A DNA stretch of 64,000 nucleotides from a virus, in the IMG/VR virus record IMGVR_UViG_3300034073_004654, positions 12,893 through 76,892 of that record, one strand, 5' to 3'. Below are positions 1 to 11,959 of this stretch, one piece after another. The first letter of the stretch is position 1, and each line of letters starts with the position of its first letter. Below the pieces are notes generated by a model. That model was not told the origin of the DNA and did no database searches. It saw only the letters and a list, made by a program, of their open reading frames with translations. The position numbers and the translations under genes are program-made.

Positions 1-549
1 AAATTTTAATAGGAATCGAGATAGATTCATTATTGGAACGATAATGTTGCATTAAAACATAAACCTTCATAATAATATGATGTTTTATGCAATTGCTAAG
101 AAGGAGAGATATGAGCAAGCAATCTTTTGAAGATAATGCAATTAGTTTTCCAATTTGCGATGGGGTAGAACTATCTGTTTCTGCATCGGATGATAGCAGG
201 AAAGTAAATATTCATGTTGGAAATCAAGATGTTGGAATTTATTTAGAGCCGAATAAGAAGCAATTGCAGCGATTGATTCGAAATTTGAAGCAAATTGAAA
301 GCGGGCTAAAGGGTTAAAAATGTCTTATATTCAAAAAGGTGATAAAATTTTGGTTTATGGAAAGCCTGCTATTGCCACTTCTAACGAATACACCAAGTTA
401 GTTTATGATTCTTATGATTATGATTTAGAATCTTGGGGTTACGAAGGAGGAACCGCAACGGGCTACATTAATGTAGAATACGAAAACGGGGTTGTAGCAT
501 CGGTTCCAACGCGAATTTGCAGCAAGGCATAACAAATTGATTTAACGGC

Positions 550-577
550 TTGACAAGAAAAGATCCTGCATTATGTT
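550..577 (+). promoter_or_regulatory. sigma70-like promoter
   Basis: TTGACA-16-TATGTT; 20 bp identical to the promoter at 828. Confidence 0.7.
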
Positions 578-600
578 ACAGGGTGAGGCTAGGGGCAATT

Positions 601-816
601 ATGAAAGAAAAGGCTAATTCTGACATGATTCAAGAAGATATTTTTCATCAATTGAAGGTTACGATTCAAGAAGCAATTGTAGCGGAGTGCGGAAAATCTG
701 AATCTGTGGTTAAATTGGATGATTGGGAGGATCTATTTTGGGCAAGTAGGGCTTTGGGTCGATATTTGACCGATCAAGAATGGAATGCAATTGGCAAGTC
801 TGCCGGATATTTTTGA
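601..816 (+). CDS. hypothetical protein
   Basis: ATG at 601 downstream of the promoter; the ORF-track start (550) lies in the -35 box. Confidence 0.65.
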   Translation: MKEKANSDMIQEDIFHQLKVTIQEAIVAECGKSESVVKLDDWEDLFWASRALGRYLTDQEWNAIGKSAGYF

Positions 817-827
817 TGTAGATGGTC

Positions 828-855
828 TTGACAAGAAAAGATCCTGAGTTATACT
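828..855 (+). promoter_or_regulatory. sigma70-like promoter
   Basis: TTGACA-16-TATACT. Confidence 0.75.
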
Positions 856-875
856 GATTGGAGATGGAGGCAGCT

Positions 876-1406
876 ATGAGTTTTTTTAATGATCTTTCGG
901 TTATTCGTCCTGATTCTACCTTTTTGACTCTGAAAGGTTATCGTTCGCAGTTTGACGAGGTGGCAGATTATAACATTGTATTTCATGTTAGTTATGAAAA
1001 TGCTTTGAAGAAGTCGGTTGCTATTCTCGAGAATTATGTTCCCGGTGATCTTTTGGAAGAAAAGGCTAAGAACGAGCTAATTGCAGGTTACAAGGCTTCT
1101 TTGTATAAGATTGCCAATGATTCCGAGAGTGAATCGGAGCATTATGCAAAGGTTTTGGATGAGGCTGGCAAGGCAATTAAGGGAGTAAAGGTTCACCGAG
1201 AGACGGGTATTGCTTATATTTTCGGTTTGCTTCATCGAAAGCATGTGATTAAGGCTGGAGAGTATAAGAACAGCAATAAGCAGGCTTTTACTTTGGTTAA
1301 GGATAGTCTGAGGAAGCTAACTCCTGTCAATAAGTGGCGACAATTTATTGTTAAGCCTGGGCAGGTTGAGGCGATTAAGGTTGAGAATTTGACTTTGCTT
1401 CCTTGA
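876..1406 (+). CDS. hypothetical phage protein
   Basis: GGAGG RBS before ATG 876; no ATA/AGA/TTA codons. Confidence 0.8.
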   Translation: MSFFNDLSVIRPDSTFLTLKGYRSQFDEVADYNIVFHVSYENALKKSVAILENYVPGDLLEEKAKNELIAGYKASLYKIANDSESESEHYAKVLDEAGKAIKGVKVHRETGIAYIFGLLHRKHVIKAGEYKNSNKQAFTLVKDSLRKLTPVNKWRQFIVKPGQVEAIKVENLTLLP

Positions 1407-2087
1407 TTCAGGTTTCTGAGAGTTATTACTTTAGCTATAAGGGAATTGATAACATGAAGATCGGACAGCGAGTAATGATTAACAATGTTGATGGTCCCCA
1501 TACTTTTGGGGTATATGCTGGAACCGCTGTAATGCAGCGGTTTGAGAATTCCGATATGGAAACTATGGCAATTGTCCGATTGGATATGGGAGATTGTGGA
1601 TATATTTTGCCGGATGGTCGAGGAAAGAAGCCTGTAAATTTTGTGAGTTGTGTGGTTGTTCATCCTAGTAATTTGACGGTTGCTTGAGGGAGGTTATTAT
1701 GGGATATTATATGAGCCAGGTAGATGCGGATTTCTTTATTTCCAAAAAGAATTTCCCTGATGTAATTAGGGCAATTCACCAGATGGATTCTGATGGTTCT
1801 TGGGTTCGTTCTGATTTCCGAGAAACCAAGGATCTTGAGGAGATTTTTAATTGTTGGCGATGGGAAATCTTTTTCGACGAAGATGGGGATGTGACGGATA
1901 TTTCTTTCCGTGGTGAGAAGTTGGGGGATGATGAACTTTTGTTTAAGGCAATTGCGCCATATGTGAAGAAGGGTTCATTTATTCAGATGAATGGGGAGGG
2001 TACGGATCAATGGCGTTGGGTCTTTAATGGGGTTAGTTGTTACGAGCAACATCCTAGGGTAATTTGGGATTGAAAGGAAAAAAAACA

Positions 2088-2384
2088 ATGACAAAGATTA
2101 CTGTTGTAGTTAAAGAGCCTGGTAAGACTCCTGAAGTTAAAGAGATTGATGATACTTTGGAGTCTATGCAGGAAGTAGTTGGTGGATATATTGAACTGGT
2201 AGCTATGCCCAATAATCTTGATTTTTATGTTAATGAGGAGGGGTTAGCCGAGGGATTGCCGTTTAATACCCATATTCGAGGAGTTCCGGTAGTGGGTACG
2301 GTTTTTGCAGCTTCGAGGAATTCTAGTGGAGATACCATTGGATTGACTAAATCTCAGATTGACAAGGTAATGACCTTAATTTAA
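2088..2384 (+). CDS. DUF3846-like protein
   Basis: Motifs L..MQEVVGGYIE, VNEEG...LPFN, VGT. Confidence 0.7.
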   Translation: MTKITVVVKEPGKTPEVKEIDDTLESMQEVVGGYIELVAMPNNLDFYVNEEGLAEGLPFNTHIRGVPVVGTVFAASRNSSGDTIGLTKSQIDKVMTLI

Positions 2385-2395
2385 AATAAGACTTT

Positions 2396-2472
2396 CCGAC
2401 CTTAGCTCAATTGGTTAGAGCATCCGACTCATAATCGGCAGGTTTTCGGTTCAAGTCCGAAAGGTCGGACCA
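2396..2472 (+). tRNA. tRNA with CAU anticodon (Ile2 or elongator Met)
   Basis: Cloverleaf: CCGACCT/AGGTCGG acceptor, GCTC/GAGC D-stem, CTCATAA loop, TTCAAGT T-loop, encoded ACCA. Confidence 0.92.
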
Positions 2473-3148
2473 TTTACATATAACTATACGGAGTTTATTA
2501 TGAGCCAATTTTATATCCGAGCGGTTAATGAGTTCGATGACAATGGTGCGGCATTGTTTTGGAACAATGAATTTGGTTGGGTAAATCAATCCGAGGCGGA
2601 TATTTTTTCTTCCGAGGAAATGATTGAGTTTGATTTGCCGATGGGCGGAGTTTGGCAAAAGTTTTTTAATTGAGGGAGGTTAAATCATGAATATTATTAA
2701 TCACGAGAGTATTGTTGATGTTAAACCCATTCAGATTGTTTCGGGGTGTCGTCCTCACCGAAAGGTTTTGAGGCATATTCCTGAGAATAAGATCACTCCT
2801 TATGTGATTCATATTGAAAATCTCGAGGTTGAAGGAGATAATCTTGTTCATTTGGATTTTCATGCAGGTCATTACTTTAGGGATCTAGAGTCTGCCAAGC
2901 TAGCTTTTGGTAATTGAAATAATAAGGAAAATCCTCATGGAAGCTATTATTAAAGAAGCGGGCAACGGATTTCCTACAATTGGTGATGTTCTGGAGAATG
3001 ACGAAGGATGTTTTAAGGTAACATCTTATATTGGACCAATCCATACCAGCGGTTTTGGGAAGCCCAATTATATTTATGCGACTGTAGAGCCGACTCAAGA
3101 TTCTGATGATATTTTCCAGGCTCATTTAATTGTCCAGAATTAAAGTAG

Positions 3149-3177
3149 TTGACTTGGAAAAGAACTTGTGTTAGAAT
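3149..3177 (+). promoter_or_regulatory. sigma70-like promoter
   Basis: TTGACT-17-TAGAAT. Confidence 0.7.
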
Positions 3178-3453
3178 AGTTGTGCAGAGTGAGGGAGACT
3201 AAAATGAACAAATACGGTATGATTATTGAGGAAAAGCGGGTCCATTTCGTGATTGTGGAAGCCGAGGATGAAGATCGGGCAATTGAAATTGCAGCGGAAA
3301 TGGGCGTTGATGATTATGACCAAACGGATATTGGCGGAGATTGGGATGTGACTACTTGCCAAAAGTTTAAGATTAGTGAATCTGACAAGGTAATTGCTAA
3401 GAAGGTACTTGGCTGAGTTAAGTAGACTTGCTAAACAAAGATGTTTTGAGGTG

Positions 3454-3482
3454 TTGACGGGGTAAAGATCATGCGTTATGGT
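3454..3482 (+). promoter_or_regulatory. sigma70-like promoter upstream of tRNA-Leu
   Basis: TTGACG-17-TATGGT. Confidence 0.6.
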
Positions 3483-3540
3483 GTAGCTATGAGTGCAAGG
3501 GGACCGCCTAATCATTGATAGTTGTGGGATTGTGAGATAT

Positions 3541-3622
3541 GCCACGGTGGAGAAATCGGAAAACTCAGGAGACTCAAAATTTCCCGCTTAACAGCTTGTC
3601 GGTTCGATCCCGACCCGTGGTA
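3541..3622 (+). tRNA. tRNA-Leu(CAA)
   Basis: GCCACGG/CCGTGGT acceptor, CTCAAAA anticodon loop, long variable arm, GTCGG-TTCGATC-CCGAC T-arm, A73. Confidence 0.88.
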
Positions 3623-5463
3623 CAAAGATATTTTAATTAGTGAGGACAAAGCAAATGGCAAAAATTCAGTTCTGCGATGGTTGTCATAAGGAACGTAAGA
3701 ACGTAATTTCTTGTGGTCGCGATTCTAATGGCGATCCCGACGCTCCTGATTTGTGTTTTATTTGTCGCAAGGAAGCTGAGAAGTTTCGTTGTTGGTCGCA
3801 TAAGGCAGGAAAGTATATTCCTAACACTTGGGTCTATACTTTTAATGAAGTAACTGATTCGGTTGTTTACTGATTACCTGAGAGGATAGAAAATGGGCGC
3901 TGAACTTATTTCTGCGGTTCTTGAGATTGATCACAATGTCCAGCCTGATTGGGATAAGGCTGAGAATTTCATCCGTAATATGGATGATTTGACGATGGTT
4001 AATCTGTATTTCAAGATTATTGACCTAGGTAATGAATATATCCAGGAAGATTTGCCTGAAATTGTCAAGGATATTGAACATGCTCGTCAAGGATTTTTGG
4101 ATGCTTTGAATGATTGTTTGGCAGGTTGGCAAAACAGTCATAGGTTTATGAATAAGATTCGGCTTAAGAATAGCACGATTTTGCTGGCGGCTGGTGAAAC
4201 TTGGGGAGATAGTGTTCATCAATGCGACAGTATTATGTTGTTTGATGGTTGCGGGGCAGCAAAAGAAGCCGGATTTTACTGAAACAAGATTTTAGGAGCA
4301 ATATGAGCAAAGTTCTTTTATCTACCAGCGGTTATGGCGGCTATTATGCCAGTCTTTTAAGTGATGAAGAAGCTCCAGGTTATGAAAATGATGGTTGCTG
4401 CGTGGTAGAAATTCCTGAATCTAAAGCCGCCGAATGGAAAGAGCTTTGTTACAAAATGGATGAATTTCAAAGGCTTTGGAAAAAGCTTAGTAATGAATGG
4501 TATGATGAGTTTGGGTTTGATCCTAAGAAGGGTTAAATAAGTCTAATGCAGCTTTATTGTATAGGATATACAGAAGATGATTCTCCTACGGGCAAAGTTC
4601 TTTCTTGGAAAAAGAAGGCTAACGGAGAAGATGATGTTTATGAAGATTATGGGTTAGCTTTAGAGGCTATTGAGAATGATGGTTGGTGGGGTTATGTTTT
4701 AGAATATCCTCAAGGAATCCATCCTGGGTGGAAAGATAAGATTAAAGGTTAATTATGGAATTTCAAACTCGTTCTGAAGTCAACGGCATGGGGTATTACG
4801 ATTCTTTGGGTGCGGCTATGAAAGCTGCTGCAAAGGATTCGACTATCTGGAAGATTTCCTTTACGGTTGGAAAGGAAAGCGTTAGATTGGTTAAGCGAGA
4901 TGGTCAATGGATTTACGAGCCATTGTTTCCGATGGATCGAGTTAATTTGGAATTCATGGATTGAGGGGTAAATATGGAATTTTCTCAAGAAGATTTGGTT
5001 ATTATTCGCAAAGCTCTTTGTGCATATCAGGAGCATTTGACACCATCTGCATCGTATGTTAAAGAAATTGCAGATTGGTCTGGTAAGGTTGCCAATGTTC
5101 AGCACAAGCTAAACAAGATTTTGCTCAACAGCGAAAGTTTGATTAATCGAGATAGTCGTTAAATTAGGAAAAACGATTATGGAAAAATACATTGACAGGG
5201 TTGATATCCAAGATATTGCCGAGGAGCATCATCTTGGAAATGTTTATTTCGAGTGGCGAACGGCGGTCAATACAGGAAAGCAATTTGAGGCTGGATATGT
5301 AATGCGAGACAATAGGAAAGTCTTGTTTTGCAAGAGTAGTATTTTTGCTCCAAAGGGTCATTTCTATCTTTGCAATGAGTTTCGGGAAATCAACGGAACT
5401 GACTAGAATTTCTGTCTAGTGAAAAAATCTGTTTATTTACAAATAATTTTAAATTTTCAAATT

Positions 5464-5495
5464 AAAAAACCAGGAATTATTTTCCTGGTTTTTTT
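5464..5495. terminator. bidirectional intrinsic terminator
   Basis: AAAAAACCAGGAA-ttatt-TTCCTGGTTTTTTT between convergent genes. Confidence 0.8.
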
Positions 5496-5498
5496 ATT

Positions 5499-6164
5499 TC
5501 ATAAATATGTTAGATTTACTAAGCCCGAAAGCTCTTTAAATTGCTTCAAGTCATATTCATCTTCTATATCAGATAGCTTTTGAATAATATTTTCAATTGC
5601 CTGGTTTCTTTCTTGCCATTTTTCAGGGAATTTTGGTAGTTTTTTCTTTAAGAGAATATTATATAATTTTTTTAATTCCTTTTCTGCTTCAAATAAACGC
5701 TCATCTTTGGAGCCTTTTTTTAACAATCCTGTTATTGCTTCATATAAAGACTGTATGCGATTTCTAATTATGCTTTCTTGGGGGTGTAATTTCGGGCTCG
5801 AGCTTTCAAATTTTATATGATTATATAATGTTGTAAATTTTGGAGATTTTAAATATGATTCTCTTATTTTTATAAGCCTTTGAAAAGCATTTTCAATTTT
5901 TTCAGAGTTGCGTGGATCTGTTTGTAAATCGTACACTATTTCTTCTAGTTCTTTTTTTGCTAAGGCTAATTGTTGCTGTTCGGCAGCAGAATATTTAACA
6001 GCTTCGGTAGGACTTAATGCTTGTTTTAATCCGCCGTATAAACTTCTCATGCCTTTCATAATGGATAAATTATCAGGTTTTTGAATATTATTTTGAGACA
6101 ATTTATCAAAACCATATTTAATATTATAATAATTTGCTACTTTGATAATTGAATTTAATGACAT
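5499..6164 (-). CDS. leader-family putative virion protein
   Basis: N-terminus MSLNSIIKVANYYNIKY resembles 20929 and 22126; AATA-N6-TATT at 6192-6205. Confidence 0.75.
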   Translation of the reverse strand: MSLNSIIKVANYYNIKYGFDKLSQNNIQKPDNLSIMKGMRSLYGGLKQALSPTEAVKYSAAEQQQLALAKKELEEIVYDLQTDPRNSEKIENAFQRLIKIRESYLKSPKFTTLYNHIKFESSSPKLHPQESIIRNRIQSLYEAITGLLKKGSKDERLFEAEKELKKLYNILLKKKLPKFPEKWQERNQAIENIIQKLSDIEDEYDLKQFKELSGLVNLTYL

Positions 6165-6328
6165 GTCGATTACCCTTTAAACTCTTACATTAATATTTAA
6201 TTATTAGTAAAAAGTTAGCAGAAGCTTTAGAAGATCAACGAAACTAAATGGTTTTCCAGTCATCCAAAAAAGCCGACCCAGCTATTCCGAAAATTTGCCA
6301 CCCTAATAAACTATCTGCAATTAAAGCG

Positions 6329-6357
6329 TTGACTTGGAAAACATCCCGACTTATACT
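6329..6357 (+). promoter_or_regulatory. sigma70-like promoter
   Basis: TTGACT-17-TATACT. Confidence 0.75.
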
Positions 6358-6805
6358 GTAGATCGAGAGGTAGTACCATGCCGAAAATTGATCCTATTTC
6401 TGGTTGTTCTGTTATGACTATGACTGAGTTTTGGGCTGCTGAAGCTCAAAAGGAAGGAAAAGATGTAGCAGAAGTTATGGAAGATTTCCATAATGATATT
6501 GCTGCCGATGAGGAAAAGACTCGACAAGGAATGTTGAAAGATTTTTCGGGAGCTTTGGAGAAGCTTAAGGAATATTATGATCCTGAATATGATGATTCAG
6601 GATTGGTTCCGGTAGAAGTTCTGGAAATTACCGACGCTGATTGTTCTTATGGTTATAGCAAATCAAAGAGCAGCTTTGTCGCAAAGGTTCGATTTGAAGA
6701 TCAAGTGCGAAATGTTCAGTATTCCGAGGTTTCGCACAATGGCAGCTTTTACGAGCCGCCCGATTTTGAGGCTAATTGCGTAATTCTTTGAGAGGAGAAA
6801 ATATT

Positions 6806-7087
6806 ATGAATAAAACAATTCTTTTGGTTACGATCTTTTGTAGCGGTTGTGCAAAGGAAACAGTTGTCCAATCGCCAGATAAAGTAGTTGTTATTCAAGC
6901 TCCGTGCGGGTCAAATCCTGATAATTTTGATCAAGCGGGAAATATTCTTGTCAATGGGGCTCGTTGGACATATAATCAAGCAAAGAATACTTACGAATGG
7001 GTGTTTTCTGAGGAAAATCAGAAAAAAGCTATGGATTTGCTAACTGACGCTAAGAAGAAGGCTGAAAATTTCGTTCAATCGGAATAA
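6806..7087 (+). CDS. putative lipoprotein
   Basis: MNKTILLVTIFCSG-C signal peptide/lipobox; GAGGAG RBS. Confidence 0.55.
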   Translation: MNKTILLVTIFCSGCAKETVVQSPDKVVVIQAPCGSNPDNFDQAGNILVNGARWTYNQAKNTYEWVFSEENQKKAMDLLTDAKKKAENFVQSE

Positions 7088-8037
7088 AGGAGAAATATCA
7101 TGAGCGCAGATAATGCCATTGTTATTGGTAAGTTCCTAGTTAATGGAAAGGTAGCATTTTCCGTAGTAGAAACAAGTGCCATCGACAATGTTGATTATTA
7201 TCGAAATCGAGGCAATTCTCGAGAATTGCAAGAGTACGTTCATGATATTTGGAAGCGTGGAAAATTTTTCCTTGATGAAAAGGAAGCTTTGACTTATGCT
7301 CATACCACAAATAATGAGTGTGGAACCGAATACGGAGTAATCAGCATTGATTTCTCCGATATTTCTCCTATGCCAAGCTTGGTGAGTTTCGTGGATGCTG
7401 CAAAGTTTGCCGAAAACTATGAGTCAAAAGATATGAGAAAGACTCAGCCGGAAATCAAACTGGATAAAGAGTGGGTGGCTGAAACTCTAGGCATTTTCAA
7501 AGGTTTACTAGCAGCATGTCCAATGACCGAATCAAAAGAATTTGAGCTTTGGATGATGCACCAAATTCACAAAATGTGGCAAGACAAAAAAATTTCAGGA
7601 AATCAAGTAGCTTTGCTGTTGGATGAAGTTTGCTGTTACTGAGGTAATATGGAAAATCTAACTGTAGCAGAATTGTTGGCAAAGCGAGCTAAAGAAAAAG
7701 AACAAGGTGATTGGTATCCTGCTAGTGGAGGAACAGAAACTCCATTTCTTACTAGATCGAGACGCCGATTGCTGTATGTTTGGCAACCGTCTACTGGTAA
7801 ACATGCTTATTTGGACTGCGACACTGATCTAATTCTTTCAGATGAAGAAGCTGAAATAGCCTTGTCCATGTATTAAAAAAATCTTATTATGTGGTCTTGA
7901 CAAGATATTATCCGTGTTTATGTTAGCGGGAAGGGCAACACAGACCAAGAAAGAAATAATTATGTTGAGTTTAATTGAATTCCTGGTTGTTTCCAGTCTT
8001 TTGTCGGTTTCCTTTTTCTTTCAAGGATCGAATTAAA

Positions 8038-8292
8038 ATGGCTAAGAAGTGCAATTGTCATAAGAATCGAGAAGCTGCCGTTGCTAAAGGCATGGATTGG
8101 CACGAGGCTCATCGCAAATATTCTAAGTCTGGATATCATGAGCATCGTTGCGAGTGCAATTGTGGTTGTAAAAACGATACTCTTGGTTATAAGCATTGCG
8201 TAAGCTGTAGCTTTGACAAAAACTGTTGTAAACTCCGAGATCAAATTGGCATGAATATTCTTGGCTTGCCAGTTTTTGCCAGCGACAATTGA
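8038..8292 (+). CDS. Cys/His-rich small metal-binding protein
   Basis: 10 Cys in 84 aa (CNC, CECNCGC, CVSC, CC). Confidence 0.55.
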   Translation: MAKKCNCHKNREAAVAKGMDWHEAHRKYSKSGYHEHRCECNCGCKNDTLGYKHCVSCSFDKNCCKLRDQIGMNILGLPVFASDN

Positions 8293-8304
8293 TTTAGAGG
8301 GAAT

Positions 8305-8616
8305 ATGTTTGAAGTAGTTTACAATGATTGTTATGGCGGGTTTAGCCTAAGCAATAAAGCTCTGAATTGGCTTAAGGAAAATGGGATGGATTTGGGAGAT
8401 AATTGTTATCCTCTTGATAGCGAACTGCCCCGCCATCATCCTCTTTTGGTGAAATGTGTAAAAGAGCTTGGTCAGGAAGCTGGAAATCAATATTCTAATC
8501 TTGTTATTGCTGAAGTTTCCAGCAAATCTGGAAAATATTTGATTCGAGAATATGATGGATTGGAGTGGGTGGAAACTCCAGATTCTATTAATTGGGTAGA
8601 TGCAGCTGTTCTTTGA
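8305..8616 (+). CDS. conserved hypothetical phage protein
   Basis: VVYN.CYGGF.LS...RH.P.LV..V.ELG...EYDGLE.V pattern familiar from myophages. Confidence 0.7.
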   Translation: MFEVVYNDCYGGFSLSNKALNWLKENGMDLGDNCYPLDSELPRHHPLLVKCVKELGQEAGNQYSNLVIAEVSSKSGKYLIREYDGLEWVETPDSINWVDAAVL

Positions 8617-9703
8617 AAGGAAATATTATGTTTAATCTTGATACTTGTAAGAATCTTGGGAATCAATTTCAAGCGGAAGTTACTCCTTGCTACCAAGAAG
8701 ATAAGGTAAAAGGAGTTCATCTAAAACTTCGTAATTCTTGGACAGTTTCAATTCAGTGGGGATATGGAACTTATACTAACAATCGAAATTCTATGGAACA
8801 TGATTCTTGCGAAGATGCGGAAATTGCCGCTTGGGATCATAATGATGAATGGTATGATTTTGGTTATGACCAAGTAAAGGGCGGCTGTAATTTTGAGACA
8901 GTCAAAAACTTTATTAAGGAAATTGCCAGCAAACCAAGTCATCTAAACTAAGAAATATTGTTCCAATGCATTCTTTTACGATCTACTGGAGTTATAATTT
9001 TCCTTTTTGCCACGCTATTCCGCAAATTGGAACTACTATTGTCCGAGCAGAATCCAAAGAGAAGGCATTGGAACAATTCAAAGATATTGGTTATCCCACT
9101 ATTAGCCTTAATGGTAAAGGCTATTATAGAGTAGAGAAAATTGAATCAGGCAGTTTGATTAATTACAAGATATGATTTATTTTGTAATCTTGACTTTGAT
9201 TTTTTGTTTAATTTTTTCCATTGCATTAAGTTAATAATTTAACTTAATTAAGAGAGGTTAACGTGAAAATTAAACGTAGAAAAAAGAAAGAGCCAAGAAA
9301 CATTGTTGTAATGGATATGATTCTTAATCCAAAGGATTGCAAAATTACAAATCGAAATTCCAAAAGATTAAACAATCCAAGAAAAAAATTTTGGGATTTT
9401 GAAGATTGATAAGATCTTTTTTTGTGCCTTGACAAGAAATAAATCGTGATTAACTTGCTTGTAGTGGATGGCTTTCCACTATATACAAGGACATTATGAA
9501 TAAAATAATTGTTAATTTCGACAATGTTCGTCCTGGCGATGTTTTTGAAATTTGCGAAGATGGTAACTGGACGGCAATTAGTACGATTAAAAAGTCTGAC
9601 CCTGATAGTTTTGCAGAACTTTTAACAGCCTTGCAAAAGGGATTTGTTGATTTTGGAAGAATGGTTCCTTGTCGAGCTGTCCGATTTCTTAATTGATTAA
9701 ATT

Positions 9704-10150
9704 ATGCTCACTATTCAAGAGAAAAAGCAAGCCGTTCAATTAAAAAAGATTGCCCTGGATAAGCTTTCTTCTCATGGAATTCAAGACAAGTTTACTGTTA
9801 AAATTAAACCTGTTCAAAAGAACTGGGTAGCTCAATATCGGGGCAAGAGTCAGTTTTCTTCTGGCGGATCAATTTTTTGGCTTTCTTCTGAGTTGCTAAA
9901 TAATCCAGATGAGTTTGTCATTTCTGTTTTACATGAGTATGGTCATGTCATTGCAGAATTTGCTTGGATGCAAAGCCCTGATTTAAGTCAACTTATCCAA
10001 GATAATTGGAAAGGTGAATTTCATGGTCGTCCTTGGAACGAAGAAAATTTTGCAGAAGAGTTCGCTCAATATTTGGCAGGTAGATTCTGTTCTTCCAAAG
10101 AAATTCTGAATCAAGTAATTGTTCAATTTATTAAGGATGCATTAACGTGA
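9704..10150 (+). CDS. zincin-like metallopeptidase domain protein
   Basis: VLHEYGH plus downstream EENFAEEF. Confidence 0.65.
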   Translation: MLTIQEKKQAVQLKKIALDKLSSHGIQDKFTVKIKPVQKNWVAQYRGKSQFSSGGSIFWLSSELLNNPDEFVISVLHEYGHVIAEFAWMQSPDLSQLIQDNWKGEFHGRPWNEENFAEEFAQYLAGRFCSSKEILNQVIVQFIKDALT

Positions 10151-10527
10151 AAAATATTTTAATCAATGTTTCTGTAGCAGCAGTTACAGTTTTTCCATTT
10201 GTTTTTGGAATTGCTATGATTATTTTTTAGGAGGTTATTATGTTTTTGGCAAAGCTATATGACAAGGGAAGTGGAACTCCAATTTGTTTGGATTTTGAAA
10301 ACAAACCGCATTCTCATATTTTTCTAAATGGAAAACTTTATTCGCTGATTAATAATGAGCTTGTTTCTGAACATGGTTACAAACAAACTTATTATTATGG
10401 TCAATCGTATTTCGAGAGCGTTACTAGGTGATCTTGTTTACTTTCTTGCATTGCAGTGTTGACACTTAATTTTGAGTGGTTAAGTTCATTGTGTGGCTGA
10501 GAGTCACGCCTAACGGAGAGGTAATTT

Positions 10528-11250
10528 ATGAGCAAGAATAATTTTTCCGCCGCATACGTCAGCAATTCCAAGAACGTCAAGCTTTCCAAGACTGGAAAGG
10601 GTGTAGATGCTACTTATTCCAGCATTAAGGCTACCTGTCCTAAAGATTGTAAGCTTAAGAATGAGGGGTGCTATGCCCAAATCGGAAATACTTTCTTTAC
10701 CGTAAAGCGTTTGGATCAAAACGCTGGTAAGAAGTCTGGAATTGCGGTTGCCAATGAGGAAGCATTGGCAATTGATAATGCTTGGAAGGGCGGAAAGGTG
10801 CCTAATGGGCAGCTTTTGCGGCTTCATGTTTCGGGGGATTGCACTACGGATAATTCCGCAAAGATCGTTAGTAGTGCGGCAGAACGCTGGCTTAATCGTG
10901 GCGGAAAGAATGTTTGGTCTTATACCCATGCTTGGCGTAGGGTTAAGCGAAATTCTTGGGGTAAGGTCAATGTCCTGGCAAGTATGGAAAATCCCAAGGA
11001 CGGAAAGCTGGCAATTAAGCGCGGCTATGCACCGGCTTTGGTAGTGGGCTCTTTCAAGAACGATAAGGCATTTGTGAAGGAGGGAATTCGTTGGATTCCT
11101 TGTCCGGCGCAAACCAAGGAAAATGTAACTTGCGCTGATTGCAAGTTGTGTCATAATGTCGATAAGCTGGTAGAGCGTAATGCCGGAATTGCTTTTGAGA
11201 CTCACGGAGCCCAAAAGAATAAGGCAAAGCGTCATTTGACGGTTCTTTGA
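10528..11250 (+). CDS. Gp88-like Cys-cluster phage protein
   Basis: TCP..C.L...GCYA, LRLHVSGD, WSYTH, CPAQ....TC..CKLC. Confidence 0.65.
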   Translation: MSKNNFSAAYVSNSKNVKLSKTGKGVDATYSSIKATCPKDCKLKNEGCYAQIGNTFFTVKRLDQNAGKKSGIAVANEEALAIDNAWKGGKVPNGQLLRLHVSGDCTTDNSAKIVSSAAERWLNRGGKNVWSYTHAWRRVKRNSWGKVNVLASMENPKDGKLAIKRGYAPALVVGSFKNDKAFVKEGIRWIPCPAQTKENVTCADCKLCHNVDKLVERNAGIAFETHGAQKNKAKRHLTVL

Positions 11251-11959
11251 ATTGAAAAGGTAAGCTATTAATAGAATAGCGAGAATGGTTGCGAGGTTGG
11301 GGCAAACCATTCAAAGATTTAAGGAGGATAATTATGAGCTTTTCCTTTGTTTATAATGTGGAGCGATTGCGTCATATTGAAACGGGCAAATTGATCACTG
11401 AATCTCAATTTGAAAAAATGGCAGAGCTTCTTAATTTCGAAGTAGTAGCAATTGATGTATTAAATGCTCAATATGAGCTGGTAGACATATCCTTGGACGT
11501 AGAAGGAAGTGGATATTATTCTCCTGGTCGAATTCATGGCGATCCCTTGGATTGTTATCCTGAAGAATTCGAGTATGAACTTTGCTCTATTACCTATGAT
11601 GGTCAAGACTGGGAAAATTTGGTAACGGACAGTGAGCGAGAAGCTATTTTGGAAGAGCTTTCTGATAAAGTCTATCATGGAGAATAACCGTTAATGGTGG
11701 TTAAATTATGAATAATTATAAAATTCATTGGCGATTTTGTTTGTCTAATTGGCTGGCACATACTTTCCCCGATTCCGTTAAAACTGGAGTTGCAGAAGTT
11801 TCTGCTAAAAATACTTCCGAAGCAAAAATTAAATTTCGAGAAGCCGGATATTATGATGTAACCCAAGATAAGAATGGTTACTTTAGAATAGAAAATATTA
11901 TCCAATAACATCTGCACAATTACAAAAATTAAAATCTAGGATTAGAAAGAAATAATAAT

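Larger units (their letters stand above)
87..5406 (+). other. Cluster of ~20 small tandem hypothetical phage early genes
   Basis: Densely packed + strand ORFs of 60-180 aa with GAGG/GGAG RBSs and interspersed sigma70-like promoters. Confidence 0.75.

Noticed and set aside
10510-11310. Long antisense ORFs (10510-11310, 29701-30174, 30190-30786, 1232-1663)
   Set aside because: They overlap well-supported + strand genes on the opposite strand and have no RBS or motifs. Scarcity of TTA/CTA/TCA triplets in these host-codon-like genes removes minus-strand stops.
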